Shown here: one piece after another, positions 18,720-32,500 of the stretch
How the letters are laid out: each line of letters begins with the position of its first letter
Position numbering within the stretch: position 1 is the first letter of the stretch
Virus record (IMG/VR): IMGVR_UViG_3300045971_000163
Location: 40,140 to 104,139 of that record
Strand: one strand, 5' to 3'
Length of the DNA stretch: 64,000 bases
Origin: a virus
Translations under genes and position numbers: made by a program
Notes under the pieces: model-generated
What the model was told of the DNA's origin: nothing
What the model saw: only the letters and a program-made list of their open reading frames with translations
The model's database searches: none

Positions 18720-19649
18720 TTAACTTATTGTTCCTAAACGTGTGCCAACTGCATTCCAAGTAACTAAACCGTTACCAATAACTGCTGAGCCTGCTGCTCC
18801 ACCAGCATAATTAGCTCCAGGACCCCCGATCCTACTTACTAAAGGTGCCCCAGTGCCCGGAGCACCTGGTTGACCCAAATCTCCACCTTTACCGCCAATA
18901 CTGTACCAGCCAGAGTTATTACCCAACCCGCCCGTTGTTGCGGTTCCAGCTATTCCGTCTCCACCATAATTAGTAAATCGAGTTGCAAAAGTATTTGGCC
19001 CGTGTAATCCACCTGCTCCTGCAATAATGCCAGCACCGCCACCGCCTGGTGCGCCTGACAATTCCCAATATCCATTATCGCCACTGAGTGATGATCCTCC
19101 GCCACCACCACCACCTGCCATTGTCCCGTTATTTGTGACTGTTACAGCAACTGATGTTGAAAATGCTGCCCCACCTGGCTGCCCAGGCCCAGCACTCCAA
19201 GTATCAGTACCACTACTTTGTGCGTATGAAAACCATTGGTTTGCGCCGCCAATACCACCTTTTCCAACAATGTAGCCATTGTTAATTAAAGATACTCCGC
19301 CAGGAAAAGACCCAGCTATAAACAAAGCTGGAGTAGCCACAGTGTTACTCATAATGATAACCCCAACATTAATAGTAGCAGCCAATGGAGTAGCACTATT
19401 CCATCCAGCCGCTATCGCCATTGCTCGCAAATCTAAATTAGCTTGATTTGATGAAACTACGAGTACAAACTGATTTGCTGCTCCGTGAAACTGTGATAAC
19501 GACATGGTCCCTGATAATGGGACATTTGGGGCACCGGCACCAACAATTCCGCCATTACGATGGTACGCAGAAAAATTTACTGCACCAGATTTAGCAAATT
19601 CTGTTCGCAATGATGAGAAACTTAAAGTACCGGTGGTTGGTAGAGTCAT
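18720..19649 (-). CDS. Glycine-rich receptor-recognition adhesin (T-even gp38-like)
   Basis: INNGYIVGKGGIGG and TNNGTMAGGGGGGG polyglycine motifs with aromatic loops; lies directly after a fibre gene. Confidence 0.7.
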   Translation of the reverse strand: MTLPTTGTLSFSSLRTEFAKSGAVNFSAYHRNGGIVGAGAPNVPLSGTMSLSQFHGAANQFVLVVSSNQANLDLRAMAIAAGWNSATPLAATINVGVIIMSNTVATPALFIAGSFPGGVSLINNGYIVGKGGIGGANQWFSYAQSSGTDTWSAGPGQPGGAAFSTSVAVTVTNNGTMAGGGGGGGSSLSGDNGYWELSGAPGGGGAGIIAGAGGLHGPNTFATRFTNYGGDGIAGTATTGGLGNNSGWYSIGGKGGDLGQPGAPGTGAPLVSRIGGPGANYAGGAAGSAVIGNGLVTWNAVGTRLGTIS

Positions 19650-19651
19650 AA

Positions 19652-21748
19652 TTAAACAGATCCCGCGCCAAATAGTGCTGTAATGTCACCCGCCACAGTA
19701 AAATTACCGGTTGAGTCTAACCTAGCTTTATTTGCCCCACCAAATGCAAAATATAGTGAAGAGCCTGAGGCTATGATGGACCATGAGCCAGACTGCAATT
19801 GTGATGCAATACCTGACGTTGGACCTGCTGGCCCTGTGGCACCTTGAGGTCCAGTGGCACCTGGAGTACCTGCTGGCCCTTGAGGTCCAGTGGCACCTTG
19901 AGGTCCAGTGGCACCTGGAGTACCTGCTGGCCCTTGAAGTCCAGTTGGGCCGATGACTCCAGTGGAAGGACCTGCTGGTCCCATTGGGCCCGTTGGGCCC
20001 ATTGGTCCGACTACCCCAGTCACTGGACCTTCTGGCCCTGTGGCACCTTGAGGTCCTTGTGGGCCAGTGGCACCTTGAAGTCCGCGTGGCCCAGTGGCAC
20101 CTTGGGGGCCTACTAGGCCTTGGGGGCCTGGGGTTAGCGACATAGTGTTTATTTTATCAACAACAAATGCTGTCGTTGCAACAGTAGTACCGGAACTCGT
20201 AGCCGGTGGAGTAGGTGCAGTTACAGTTCCGGTAAATGTTGGATTGGCTAGCGGTGCTTTAAGTGCTAGTTCAGTATTGGTTGTGTTTGCTACTACTGCA
20301 ACTGAATTAGATATCGCAGTAGCCACAAAATTAGTAGTAGCTAATTTGTCTGAGTTATCTGATGCTACTGGAGTTGGTGCAACTGGAACTCCAACAAAAA
20401 TTGGCGAGTCCAATGGTGCCTTAGTTGCAAGGGCTGCGGTATTATTAGATGCAAAATTTGTAGCGTTCCCAAGTGATGTTGCTATAGCCCCTAGTGTTTG
20501 TAATGATGATGGTGCAGTACCTTTCAATGCTGCTATAGCGATGTCAGTATACACATTTGCGCTAGATGTGCTACTATCTATGCTGTTAGTAACAAACAAC
20601 TTATTCGCAACATCTGTATTAGCAGTTGGCGCCACCGTAACTGTTGCATTTGTAAACGAGCCAGATGTTGCAGAAACATTATCTCCCATGAACAATGAAG
20701 CGTGAATATTAGCAAACCGCATACCAACAGAACCCAAACTACGGGTATTGGTAGTATTTGGTAATAAGTCTGCTTTAATGCTTACACTACCATCATCTTT
20801 AATAAAGTTTAAAGCTCGTGTTGTCAACGTAGAATCTACATAAGCCTTATTTGCAACACCATCATTAGAGTCTGGTTGCAACGGAACAAATACTTTGCCC
20901 GTGATGCCCTCAACACGCAAAGCTGTACGTGTAAGACCGCCAGTATTAGTATGAATAACTATGTCTTGGTCTTGTACATTGCTGTTTAGTGTTACTTCAT
21001 TACCACTAGTACCAATAGTAAAATTATTGTTAGTGCCAACAGTTAACCCAGTGTTACTCGCTACTGTCAGTGAAGCATTAGTGGTACTTGGGATATCAGA
21101 GCGTAAAAAGTTTGCTGCTGCAACATTACCTAAGTTTAACGCATTATTTGCGTTACCGTAGTATTGTGCTGAATAAGAGGATAAATTAATACCTGGATTT
21201 ATCGTAGTAAACCCACCAATGTTATTTGTTGTAAACTGCGAATCCTTACTAATAATAGCAATAATGGACCCAGCAACATAAAGTTTAACTATTTCGTGAT
21301 TTGCCCCATATATATCGGTCACAGTTGCAGCAATCGCTCCGCCAATGCCGTTTGTGGCTTTATATGCTGGTCCAACTGTAGTCCAAGCCGCGCCATCGTA
21401 TACGTTAAGTTGCTTACCTGTAGTATCCCACCAAAAGTCACCCTCGACATTCACTGATGGCGCTGTATTGCGCGGCCCTGATCCACTTATTACTTTCCAA
21501 TCAATTCCATTGCGGACTTTCATTGCTTTAGCAACAGAATCCCACCATAATTGACCCTGTAATGGATTAATAGGCGGGGTTGTATTTGCAAAGTTTTCCA
21601 AAATCTTAACCATGTTTTGGTTTTGCAATGGGCCATAACCTGCAAAGTTTTTACCAAACAGTGTTAAGCTTGTATATGATGAATCTTGGCTACCATCATT
21701 AATAGTAACTAGAGGTAAACCATTAGATAATTTTATATTGTATGACAT
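19652..21748 (-). CDS. Tail fibre protein with collagen-like domain
   Basis: Same N-terminal module, KAPLxxPxFxGxxxAPTP fibre repeats, and a long G-X-Y run. Confidence 0.8.
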   Translation of the reverse strand: MSYNIKLSNGLPLVTINDGSQDSSYTSLTLFGKNFAGYGPLQNQNMVKILENFANTTPPINPLQGQLWWDSVAKAMKVRNGIDWKVISGSGPRNTAPSVNVEGDFWWDTTGKQLNVYDGAAWTTVGPAYKATNGIGGAIAATVTDIYGANHEIVKLYVAGSIIAIISKDSQFTTNNIGGFTTINPGINLSSYSAQYYGNANNALNLGNVAAANFLRSDIPSTTNASLTVASNTGLTVGTNNNFTIGTSGNEVTLNSNVQDQDIVIHTNTGGLTRTALRVEGITGKVFVPLQPDSNDGVANKAYVDSTLTTRALNFIKDDGSVSIKADLLPNTTNTRSLGSVGMRFANIHASLFMGDNVSATSGSFTNATVTVAPTANTDVANKLFVTNSIDSSTSSANVYTDIAIAALKGTAPSSLQTLGAIATSLGNATNFASNNTAALATKAPLDSPIFVGVPVAPTPVASDNSDKLATTNFVATAISNSVAVVANTTNTELALKAPLANPTFTGTVTAPTPPATSSGTTVATTAFVVDKINTMSLTPGPQGLVGPQGATGPRGLQGATGPQGPQGATGPEGPVTGVVGPMGPTGPMGPAGPSTGVIGPTGLQGPAGTPGATGPQGATGPQGPAGTPGATGPQGATGPAGPTSGIASQLQSGSWSIIASGSSLYFAFGGANKARLDSTGNFTVAGDITALFGAGSV
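19819..20130 (-). repeat. Collagen-like G-X-Y coding repeat
   Basis: [12 protein letters not shown] units with near-identical DNA repeats (gcaccttgaggtccagtg). Confidence 0.85.
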
Positions 21749-21759
21749 CTTTTTATTTC

Positions 21760-22743
21760 CTAAAATCGGCCAACTGCAATAGACACTAATCGTACACCTG
21801 AAGTTGAACTATCTTCCAAACTCTTTCCTATTACACAACCAGGGACCCATTGGCTTGCGTTGGTTAATGCGGTTGCTACCCCTGCTATTGTGGACTGTAC
21901 TAACAAATCACCCTTATTAACTACCCCAGTTACTTTGCATCGTGTCTTTCCTAGCGTTGTTACTGGTACAAAAAATACAGTACCTGCTGACGTATACGCA
22001 ATATTTTCTGTGATAACCCCAGCAATTTTTGTGTTTAAGTACAAATTACTAGTAGTTACTTCGTATGCACCTCCAAATACTACTACGCTACCTGCTTCGT
22101 ATGCTGCATCAGCGTTGTATGTTTCTGATAGTTTTTCGGATGCAGTAGCAGTTCCATTAAATTTTAATGTGCTTGCCAGTGTAATACCAGGCAGTAGTTT
22201 AGAAAATCCTGACACGTTATCTGATATTTCAAACGCTGCACCAGTATTAATAATAGCTGCATTGTGCCCATCAACTTTTATAAGTGCTACATTATGGTTA
22301 GTTCCACCAGCATCGCTTAATAATACTGGGTCCATACCGTAATAGTTTTGCCCCTTCCTGTATGATGGGCCAACTAGTAACCACTCTGCTCCCGTATAAA
22401 CCATAAGCTGGTGTGTGTCTGTGTTCCACCATTGATCCCCGTCAATGGGGTTAATAGGGGTAAGGTGGCCAACTGCTGAACTAGAGCATGGTTTGAACCT
22501 ATTGCCGTCAAAAAAGTTTAATACTTTACCGTCTGAATCCCACCATAACTGTCCAGCTATAGGATTCAGTGGCGGTGTTATATTTGCGCTATTTTCTAGT
22601 AAGGAAACAAAATTGTTGGCTATTAGTTGTCCATAGTTATTAAAGTTTTGGCCAACCAATGAAATACCTAGCGAATTGTTAACAGTGCCTTCGTTAACGA
22701 TTGCGTATATTTTACCATCAGTATGTGAAACGTTGTATGCCAT
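21760..22743 (-). CDS. Short tail fibre / baseplate-attached protein (paralog of 16723..18669)
   Basis: Same N-terminal module plus a degenerate C-terminal domain (KLSETY...GDLLV). Confidence 0.7.
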   Translation of the reverse strand: MAYNVSHTDGKIYAIVNEGTVNNSLGISLVGQNFNNYGQLIANNFVSLLENSANITPPLNPIAGQLWWDSDGKVLNFFDGNRFKPCSSSAVGHLTPINPIDGDQWWNTDTHQLMVYTGAEWLLVGPSYRKGQNYYGMDPVLLSDAGGTNHNVALIKVDGHNAAIINTGAAFEISDNVSGFSKLLPGITLASTLKFNGTATASEKLSETYNADAAYEAGSVVVFGGAYEVTTSNLYLNTKIAGVITENIAYTSAGTVFFVPVTTLGKTRCKVTGVVNKGDLLVQSTIAGVATALTNASQWVPGCVIGKSLEDSSTSGVRLVSIAVGRF

Positions 22744-22748
22744 GTTCT

Positions 22749-23363
22749 TTATCCAATAAAGTTCAAGTTAGTCAACGTGCTAATACGTATAGTGTAATCA
22801 ATTTGGATCAATCGATTTAGTGATTTTTGCACTGGGTGGAATATAACATGAGTAAGTAACTTGCCTTGACCAGCTGCATTTTGTTTAAATCCTTTGAGTC
22901 CAAGCTCGTCAAAAACGTATGAGCCAGATAAATTCTGGCTATTGTCAAATGCTGCTTGGTCGTTAGGCTCGCCGTAATCTAGTAAACAAGAAACCAAAAT
23001 ATCAGAATAGTTCTTGCCGACTATAGGGCGAACTTCCATCTTGTTTCGCAAACTATCTGGATTAAGCAAATTGTTATCGTCTACAATTTTGTAGTATGTT
23101 GGGCTGTATAAATCAGCGTTCACACCTTCAGAATTTGGTGGCAAATACGCAATAACGCCTGTTGGATCAATGCTTGTTCCACCGTTGCCAAAATGCATTT
23201 CTGATATGAAACTATGCCCTTTATTAGATAAACTGTAAGCTAATGCTTCTGAAAAATTTTCAAAATGTATGGCATTATCCTTATCCACAAAAACCTCTTT
23301 GGTCTCTGGATTCCAAATCTTAATGTGTCCTTTAACCCCAAGTGTAAAATTCATTTCATTCAT
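22749..23363 (-). CDS. Putative baseplate/tail structural protein
   Basis: FGNGGT...FDELGL...THVIFHPVQKSLNR; located in the structural operon. Confidence 0.65.
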   Translation of the reverse strand: MNEMNFTLGVKGHIKIWNPETKEVFVDKDNAIHFENFSEALAYSLSNKGHSFISEMHFGNGGTSIDPTGVIAYLPPNSEGVNADLYSPTYYKIVDDNNLLNPDSLRNKMEVRPIVGKNYSDILVSCLLDYGEPNDQAAFDNSQNLSGSYVFDELGLKGFKQNAAGQGKLLTHVIFHPVQKSLNRLIQIDYTIRISTLTNLNFIG

Positions 23364-23536
23364 TATGCTCTTCCTTCGACTAAGGTTTCACCAGTGTTTT
23401 TATCAAAAATCTTAAATTTTGCGTCAATGCTAATACCTGACACATCGTCTGGTGCTTTTTTAGGCAGAGTTTCTGACAGAAATTGCTTGCCGTTCTCAAC
23501 TTTTACAGTATCAGTTAATATGCGTTTTTCGTTCAT
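23363..23536 (-). CDS. Small hypothetical protein (57 aa), absent from the ORF track
   Basis: MNEKRILTDTVKVENGKQFLSETLPKKAPDDVSGISIDAKFKIFDKNTGETLVEGRA*. Late promoter GATAAATA sits 5 nt upstream; TAATG overlap with the next gene. Confidence 0.75.
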   Translation of the reverse strand: MNEKRILTDTVKVENGKQFLSETLPKKAPDDVSGISIDAKFKIFDKNTGETLVEGRA

Positions 23537-23556
23537 ACAGTTATTTATCTATTATT

Positions 23557-26500
23557 TCAGCCTATAATATAGGAATCAAACGGGTCTATGTCGTATGGGT
23601 GTACTGGAGTACCATATTCTCCAAATCCATCGTCGTCAAACCTTGTATTGTTTGCGTTCGGATCAATTCTACCACCCAAATCACCAGGAGCAGACGGCAA
23701 GAACGACCTTCCAGCATGTAAGAATCTTGCTTGAATTGTCCCGCTATCAAATAAACCAACCCCGTCCACAATACGGTCTGTAGTAGCGTATGGAACAGCG
23801 ATAACGTTGTCAGCGTTTGGCACTGAGTCGTTTAACCAAGTCCGTTGTGGGACCGCAGTATCACCTGGAATTGTTTGATATTCTGAGGCGTCAACTACGC
23901 GAGATCCAATGTCGTGAACCGCTGCGACTCCAGTGCCGTTAGTTCCGCGGCGTAAGTTAAGGAGCAGGTTATTACTACGATCAATGCCGTAATACACAAT
24001 ACGCTCTCCGTTAATATACACTACACCAGGGCGTAAAAGCGATGGATTTGGCGTTGGTAAACCGCTAGTGTCTGCTACTGCTATTTGCCCAGGTGCCTTC
24101 ACCACGCTAACCAGTGCTGATGTGTTGCCCGTTTGCTTACGTGCAAACAGTAATGCGTCTGCTTCGTTTAGTGCCCTAACTACCTTACTGCCAGTATCAA
24201 ACGTTACAATCCATGAGTCCTGTGAATACAGTGGCGCTACTAGAGTTGTGGTGCTTGCTGCACTGATACGCTTGAACTCCCAATCTGGTGCTGATGTAAA
24301 TACTTCAGTCATTACTGTTGTAAAGTTACCTGGAGATACTTCAGTAGTTCTAGCCATTGGGTGAATCACTGTATTGATGTCGCGGCTGCGTAGTGTTAGT
24401 GTATTTGCAACGTAATCAACCCCGTAGAACAAGAATTTTTCACCTTCAATAAACACTGGGAGTGGATTCACTTGATCGTATGTTTTGTAAACTGGTTGCG
24501 GCGGCACAGATGCATCGAAATGGCTAAATGTTGGATCACTGAACATTGACACATCTGTGAGCTGTATTGTTAAATCTGCTGGTAACAAGTCAGCAGCTAG
24601 TGTTGTGGCATAGTTAGCCACATACTTCATAGGTTTTACTATTCTGTAACCAATGACTTGCGTTGTGCTCATATCAGCTGGCAACGTAAACACCTGCATG
24701 TCTAATGTGTCAAGCATCAAGCCTGGCACATATTCTTCAGGTGCGTGGCTGTTGTATTTGTCAATGAAGTAGCTGTTACCTAACTCTATTGAGCCGTCAG
24801 CGTCAGGGACATTAAAGAAGCTTTCAATGATTGTTTTTTCTTCGTCTGTGTCAAGGAATGTGGCGCCCACTACTTGGTCAGCAGTGTAACCGCCGCCCGT
24901 AAACAGTCGTGCATAGTCTTTTGGTGGCATACCTGGCACTGGATTGTAAAACTGGTCTACACGGTTAGCTGCGTTGCTATAACTATTTGCTGCGTCTATA
25001 GTATCAGGCACATAACTAATACGGTCAAACGTAAGTGTTGAGTCAAACGAGCGTATCGTATTGTTACGCATCATTACGTAGCCTTTAGCTGTTTGCTCAC
25101 CAGCAGCATCAATGCCGTCACCCAATATTTGTAGCTCTGGTGTTGATGTATAGCCTGAGCCTGGATTTATAACATTGATTTTAACGATAGCACCCGTATA
25201 GAAATCAATAACTGCTTCAAGCACTGCCCCAGATCCGCCACCGCCTACTGCCAACACTGTTGGTGGAAGTGAGTAGCCGTAGCCTTGGCTTGACATTTTT
25301 ACTGACTCAATAGAGTATGTATAGTTTGCTTTCCAGTCCGCATATTTTGTGTCGCTAGCAAGTAACAGGTCGTCTCTTGCATGTTCGCCAGACGGTGAGC
25401 GCCAAACGTTCAAGTCCGTGTCAAAGTATGCTGGCAAGTCAAAGTCAGTTGGCGTTACGTTTGCGGTTGTTGCTGCTTCATACTCTACAATATACTCACG
25501 TATCTTGGTTCTGTAAGGCTTAACTTCCTTAATGTATTCTTCGTAGAATGTTTGGTTGTCCCTAATATAACTTGGGAACTGCTCAAGTTTACGTAGTTTG
25601 TGCAACACAGAGATAAAGCTGGTTTTAAATGCCCAGTCAACCATACGTTGCTCAGATAGTATGTAGTTGAGCATTATAAAGAACAAGTTATTGAACTCAC
25701 CCTCTAGCGCACCCGTAAACAAGTCGTTTTTGACTGCGTTGAAAATATTGCGTATTTCAATAGTAGGGTTTAAATCAAATCTTACTTCGTCAAAGTTTGC
25801 ATTATCAAAGCCAATGTCACTGCTTTCGTGAGCCCAAAACGAGTTGGATATTTGTATAGTGCCGTCTTGTAATCCTACTAGCGTATGAGTTAAATCAGCC
25901 TCTATGCGATAAAACGCAAACTTCCCTTTGCCATTATCCTTAACAAACACCACATTGCTGTATGCTAGTTTTGTTAGTTTGGAAATGTCTTTAAACGTTG
26001 GTACGGTATATGTTGGTTTAACTGTAAAATCAAACGCACTATCATACCAGTCGTCAAACTCCCAGTAATCTGTCGTAGCATAACTTTGTGTTCTAAATAT
26101 AGTGTAAGTAAAATCTGCTTGAACTATGTATATAGCCCATTGATTATTATAACCATTATCAGACTTAACTAATACCTTACCATCAACTGGTAATGCATGT
26201 GGATTTAAATACGATAGTTCTTCAATTGTGTTAACTTCAGCAATATACATATATTCTGTTGGAATATTTTCAACCAAGTATAAAGTATCTAAGTTAAACT
26301 CAGATGCTGCTGGTTGTTTTTTTAATACTGAGTTTACATAGCCAGCAAACACACGCAATGCTTTCTGACGATTAACAATCATCGTTTGTTTTGGACGTAT
26401 GGCAACGCCATAACGTTCTGCAGGTGTTAGTTTATTGTCTGGGACTAAGTTGCCCATCATGTCAGTGCCTGCTAAACTGTCTATTAACTTAGCAACTATT

Positions 26501-29500
26501 TTATCTGGGATTTTAGCGAAAGTTGAGTTTTCTTTGACCAGTTCATATTCATTGTGTGACAATATGCTATTTTTAATGTTTGAGTAGTTAACTCGCAAAA
26601 TCGTGTCGTCTGCAGACAGCAACGAGTCAATGTTCACTAACGCAACGGCATTGTCCTTAATAACTTCCGCATAAGCTATGCCTTCTGTAGCTGGGCTATT
26701 AATCAAACTGGCAATACGCACTATACTCGCCCGTCGTGTGTTTGTCGCTGCATCTAATGTGTCTTTACCCGTTACCCAAAAGTAGTAGGTTGATTGGATA
26801 ACGCCGGTTACATTGTTTACTGCTAATTTTTCAGTGTATGCTGTATTACTACTGTAAACAGGTACGCCTGGCCCAGTGTAACTTGCTGGCGGCACTGTAC
26901 TCTTGACCCACTCGCATACTACAATCTCAGAGCCTGGGAACATTTGCCCCCAGTGTCTAATACGGTAATCTAAACCGTCTTGCTCGTAGTCTATATAGCG
27001 AACTTTAGATAAATCCCACCATACTTGACCAACTTTTTCTTCACCCCATACAAAAGTTTGATCCAGTGTAGTATCCGCCACGTGCGTGGTGTTGTACTGA
27101 GCTGGGTCATATGAGGTTTTGTAAGTAATATCTTGTTCCGCAATGCCAAGAATTTTGCCCTTAGCTGGATCAATATAATCAAGTGTATCAATAATTTGCT
27201 GTGTTTTCTTACTGTAAACCATCAAGCCGTCAATGCTTTCTAAATCAACTGTTGGGCTTTCTGATCTAAATAATGCCCAACCTGGAGTTTTGTTTTTGTT
27301 TGTAAAGTATGCAACACCACCGACGTCTAACGCCGTGTGATCATTTGTTGGCGATCCAACAAATATACCACCGTTGGCTGCTGCAAGTGCCGCCCCAAAG
27401 TTATCGCCCATACTAATAACTGAACTAGACAGGGATTGTGTGAACGAGTATACTGTTTCTGTAGCACTACGCAATGGCTCATAAACGTATACTGCACCAG
27501 CATTCGGAATACTGTCACTGAACATAGTAGTGCCACTATCTAGTAGGAAATCAGTATTATCTATTTGCATTGGGCCAAAGTTAGTTGCTCCTGAGCTAGA
27601 GATCGCAATTGCACCAGTTGCTGTATCTTCAGCAAACGCCACACCAAAATACTCTAGTGATTCGCTAAATGGTTTCTTTATTACTTGTACTATGTTAAAG
27701 TTACCAGTGCCGTCATTGACTAATCTATACACAACACCTGCGTGGTTGTCGTCTGTGATCTGGAATGGAGAACCAATCAACAACTCGTTGTTAGCAGTAA
27801 ACATTACTGTTTGTCCAAACTTTTCATTTGCTTGCGGTACTAATGACTCTATAACGTCAGTGACCGTAGTAAATGTAAATGTGCCTGGTACTGGCTCTGC
27901 TCTCTTGTATACAAATACTTTACCAGCATTAACTATGGCATTGCTTGGTGCTGTAGTAGCAGATATTACTAACAATGAGCCATCACTGTTTGTAGCAATA
28001 GAATCACCAAAGTTAATACCAGGTAACACTAAAGTATCTACTAGAATAGGATCAGACAATATAGTTTTAGTAAACGTTGTGGTGCTATTATCAAACGTCA
28101 TTATAAATTTAGCAAAACAAAGAACTGTGCCTTCTGTTGGCGACGATACAAAGAACCACATATCGTCTTTACTAATTGCAATACTATGACCATAGCTGTC
28201 ATTAGGCAACACTATTTCATCTGGTTCTATTGATGCCTGCTGTAAATTTTCTAAACTATAGTGAAGCAATTTGGTAGACAAATCCAAAGGATCAGTATGT
28301 GCATTTTGTGCACTAACTACGTATGACTTCGTGTTCATTGCGGCCGTTTTGCCTACAATGTAGTTATTGTTGTATTCCTCAATACCACCAACACCATTGT
28401 CCCTATACTTTAATAGGTGTGTAATGCTTGAACTCTTTAAGTATTCACCTGTAGCAGATTTAACATACATTGTCAAGCTATTTGATGTATTTCCTGGCGA
28501 GGTAACGATGACCACGCTGCCGTTGAAAGTAGACACTGTTGCCCCAAAGTTGCCATTAGCAACTTCGGTAAACTCTGTTAGGTTGGCTGAAAAATCCCAC
28601 AGTGAAGACTTTTTGTAAACTCCCCACTTAGCATCTATCGTGTTGTCCACCCACAGCATATCCGTATCAAGCCAGTCAAACACTGGTGGCGTCTTAGTAA
28701 CGATGTCTACGATTTCATTCACCCGTAAGCTATACAGTGTAAACATTGTGCCTGTGCCTTCTAAGCTTGGCACGGTTAGCATAGATTTTTCAAGTGTCGT
28801 AGAGATTGCTGCCACGATTGTATTAGCATCCTCCACTTGCGTTACCTTGTAGAACCCATCTACGGAGTCCATAAAGTTTTTCACTGTGAAGATATCGTTC
28901 ACTGCTAAGTGGTGTGGGCCGTCCGTTGAGAACCGTGCAGTTGTGTCAAGGTTGTAGTCTACGTTTGTTAGCATTGCTGCTGCTTGCGACACCCTAAACA
29001 CATTCCAATCACTCTTCAAGTCTTTCGCTACCCAGATCTTGAAACCTGCGTATAGTCTTGGCAACAATGCGTCTAATGCTGATGAGTGCTGTAAATCAAA
29101 CACCGTTGCGTCTATGTCATTCAAGTTTACATAGCCAGCAGTAAGTAAATCACCGTCGTATAGTGATGTCACTGACCTGTTGTTGAATAGCGTTGGTGTA
29201 AACTCACGAGATTTTTTATACAGTGTATTTTTGTTCTCTGCCACTGCGGCAATCGTAGAAGCCACTGCTCCAGGTTCAGTAAACTCCACAGTAAGCGGGA
29301 TATTCTTATATTTGCTGTCGGACAGTTGTACTTCCACAAACTTGTCTGTACCAGTGGCACCGTATTCACCAACTCTAAATGCCCATTCTTCGTTTACTTG
29401 AACATCACCCATCAAGTTATTAAACGTAGCAGATGTCAGTGCAGTAATGGCGTCTGTTGTGCCCTTGTCGCGGATATAGCCTTGGTAGAACTTAGTTTGT

Positions 29501-32500
29501 GACGTTGAGTTAATACCCAAGTCAGTTAAGTATGAACGTTCTTGGTAACCAATCAAGTTTGAACTATGAGATTGTATTTTCTCGTTAACCACGTTTGAGT
29601 CAACGTCATACATATCTATAAACTTGCTTGCGTTGTAAGATAAGTTAGGTAACAAGCTTGGTTTTATTGACTGGTTGACTGCTACAGCCCATTGCCCGAA
29701 GTTAAACGCAGTAGCAGCATCAATGTTGTCAATGGCAGTGTATATTATATTTTTATACTTGACTATCTCACCCTTTCTGTAATCAGATCCAGATGACCAG
29801 TTTTTGTATGCCGCGCCATAGTAAATAAAACCTGGTGGCGTTAGTTGTCCATCCCACGCACCTGTCTTGTTACCTATAACTTTTAATCTGAACTGTCTGT
29901 TACCCAACTCTGGTGAGTAGATTACATCGTTGAATGCAGTTTTGTTATCAAATACTAATACGTGCTCAAACTGCACCATATCAATGTCAGCAAATCCAAC
30001 AGTGTTGCCCACTGCTGAGCCAATCTCAAATGTTTGCCCCTCGCGTACTACGTTAAACTCAGTAGTTGGTATCAAGTTAAAGTTTGTATCTAATATCTTA
30101 GACCCAAGTGGCAGGTTATTGATTTGATCCGCAACAGCATTAGCGTAAATAACTTTAATCTTGTCCTTCACTGGACTCAATACTACAATGTTTCCAATAG
30201 CCCAGCCTTGTTGTGACCAAGTTAAAAACTCTTTTGCTGACAATGGCCAATCCATTGCCTCGCCAAGTTCGCGGTTAAACTCATCGAATATAAAACCTTG
30301 CGATTCCAAATATCTGCCATAGCTAACTAAAAAGTCAACCACTTGCTGCTTGTTCTTAAACTCTGTACCATACGGAATATCTAACTTCACACGTTGGTAA
30401 TCTGAATAGATTGTGGCGCTAGAGTTGAATATGTTTATAGTGTAGTTATTAGACGTTACTTCACTAGGAATAATAGTAAAATATGGATTTGCTATATCAT
30501 ATCCGCTAACTGAAAATCCTGCTGCTGTTTTCTCAATAATAACCGCGCTATACGACAATCTCTCCACTGGAGATGATTTGTGTAAGTAGACAGCATAGTT
30601 TTCATCTGGCACCATGATTGAACTGTTAGTGCTAGATGGACTGCTTTGTTCAGCCAATACACGTAAAAATGTCTTATCACTAAACCCAGCCATCTTGTAT
30701 GCCAGTTTAACGTCAAGATTCTCTAATAGCGGTGTAAGTATAGAATCTGGTGTTAGCCCGTTAGAGGTTATATAATCCACTACCCAGTTTAAGTAGCCAG
30801 CATTGCGGGTCACTTCTTTACCAACTAGTTTACCATTGATTTTAAAATCCAACTTGGTTAGGCGCCTATTGCTCACTGACGACGTAAACTGATCAATAAG
30901 TGAATTTCTGTAGTAATCGTGAACTGACGATAGCTGGCCAAAATACACGCCTGGTCGCATTAGCGCCAATGCTTGCTGTACCGCAAAAGGATAGTTACTG
31001 GATTTTCTCCATGCTGACTCCACTGGACCACCGTCCCCAATAGCAAATGCTAAATCTGTCTTGCCGCCGTCAAAGTTGCTAACTAAAAACTCGTATGGGG
31101 CACGTAATTCGCCATTTTCAGTAACCGGAATTATTTTGGATAAGCCAGGGCGAGCATAATTTACATCAATACCTGCTCGTGTCCCTTCTCTAATCAATCC
31201 TAACTCCAAGTCACCCCATAACACCAAGTTACCACCAGTGTATGGTGCTGGACCATAATAGTTTTCCCACCAGGTTGGCTTCATGCCAAATCCTAAACAT
31301 TCCCATGGGCGGGCATGCGGTGCGTCTGTGTCGTAGAAATAGTTAAAAATTCCGCGCCAGTAACCAGGCAACGCTGATCCATTGACAGTATCAGTGAATG
31401 CGTTATATGTCCACGAGAATGGGTTACCGCTTGTATACCATTGGTTAGAGCTGTAATCAACCTTGTTGTTGCCTAACCAGCGTAAAAAGTTACGTGATAC
31501 AATATTGTCGAAGTCTGATTTTGCGTAGTTGGTATTTCTAAAACGTCCAGGTACAACGGAGTTGATATCAAATGTGTGGTGGTCGTATACTGCTTTAATA
31601 TTGTTATAAATGCGTAACTCTAATTCCATTAGCAAGTTATCGCGTATATCGCCAAACGCTGGGGTAATACTTCCATCGTGACCGCGTATTGCGTTTATTG
31701 GAGTTGTATACGTATTATCTAAAAACACCTCAGGGACAAACTTAGGGTATAGACCTAGTTTAGTAGGAGTTTCAGGAACGTAGCAACCGTCGGTATTGTT
31801 AAACGTAGTTATAGTTATTACATCATCATATGATAACTTATGTAAAAACTTAACCGCGGGCCGTGTTTGATTGAATATATAATCCTGGCCCTTAACTAAC
31901 TGCACGCCGTTTACATATACTAATACTGCCTTGCTGCCTAAGTCAATGTCATTGAAGATGCTGTCTATTTCGTATTCAGCAATTTCTTCGTTCAACACGA
32001 TATCAGTGATCATTGACCTGTTAGCATCGTACGGTACCATGTCGCTGTAGTACCAAGGCATTTGCCTATTTTTCACTGCGTTCAACGACTTCATAATCAT
32101 GTCAACACCAGTAGCGGGATCAGTGACACCCGCATCAACTACCATCGCGTATGATTCTAAGAATCTGTTTTTAAACTTAACATACTCGTTTTGCGCTAGG
32201 GTAATACTGTCAATGAAGTTAGTGTTGCTGTTAAGCAAAAATACCGAGCTATATGCTGCGGGTGCGCTATGTTGTAAAATCTTGCCGCCAATGTCTTTTA
32301 CAAATATATCACGCAAGTTGCTATTGCCTGGTACATTACCAGTAATAGACAAACTATTTTCAGCTAGCGCAGTTACGTGGGAACTAATCTGTCCTAAACT
32401 TAAATTGTCAAACTTTGCGTTAAGTGCGTTAAACTCTAAACTTGGTGGTACTTCGTAGTAACCGAGTGCTGACACTGACTCAGAGTGTAAAAAGATGTCA

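Noticed and set aside
18720-19649. Diversity-generating retroelement target in the adhesin
   Set aside because: No reverse transcriptase or template/variable repeat pair seen in this window.
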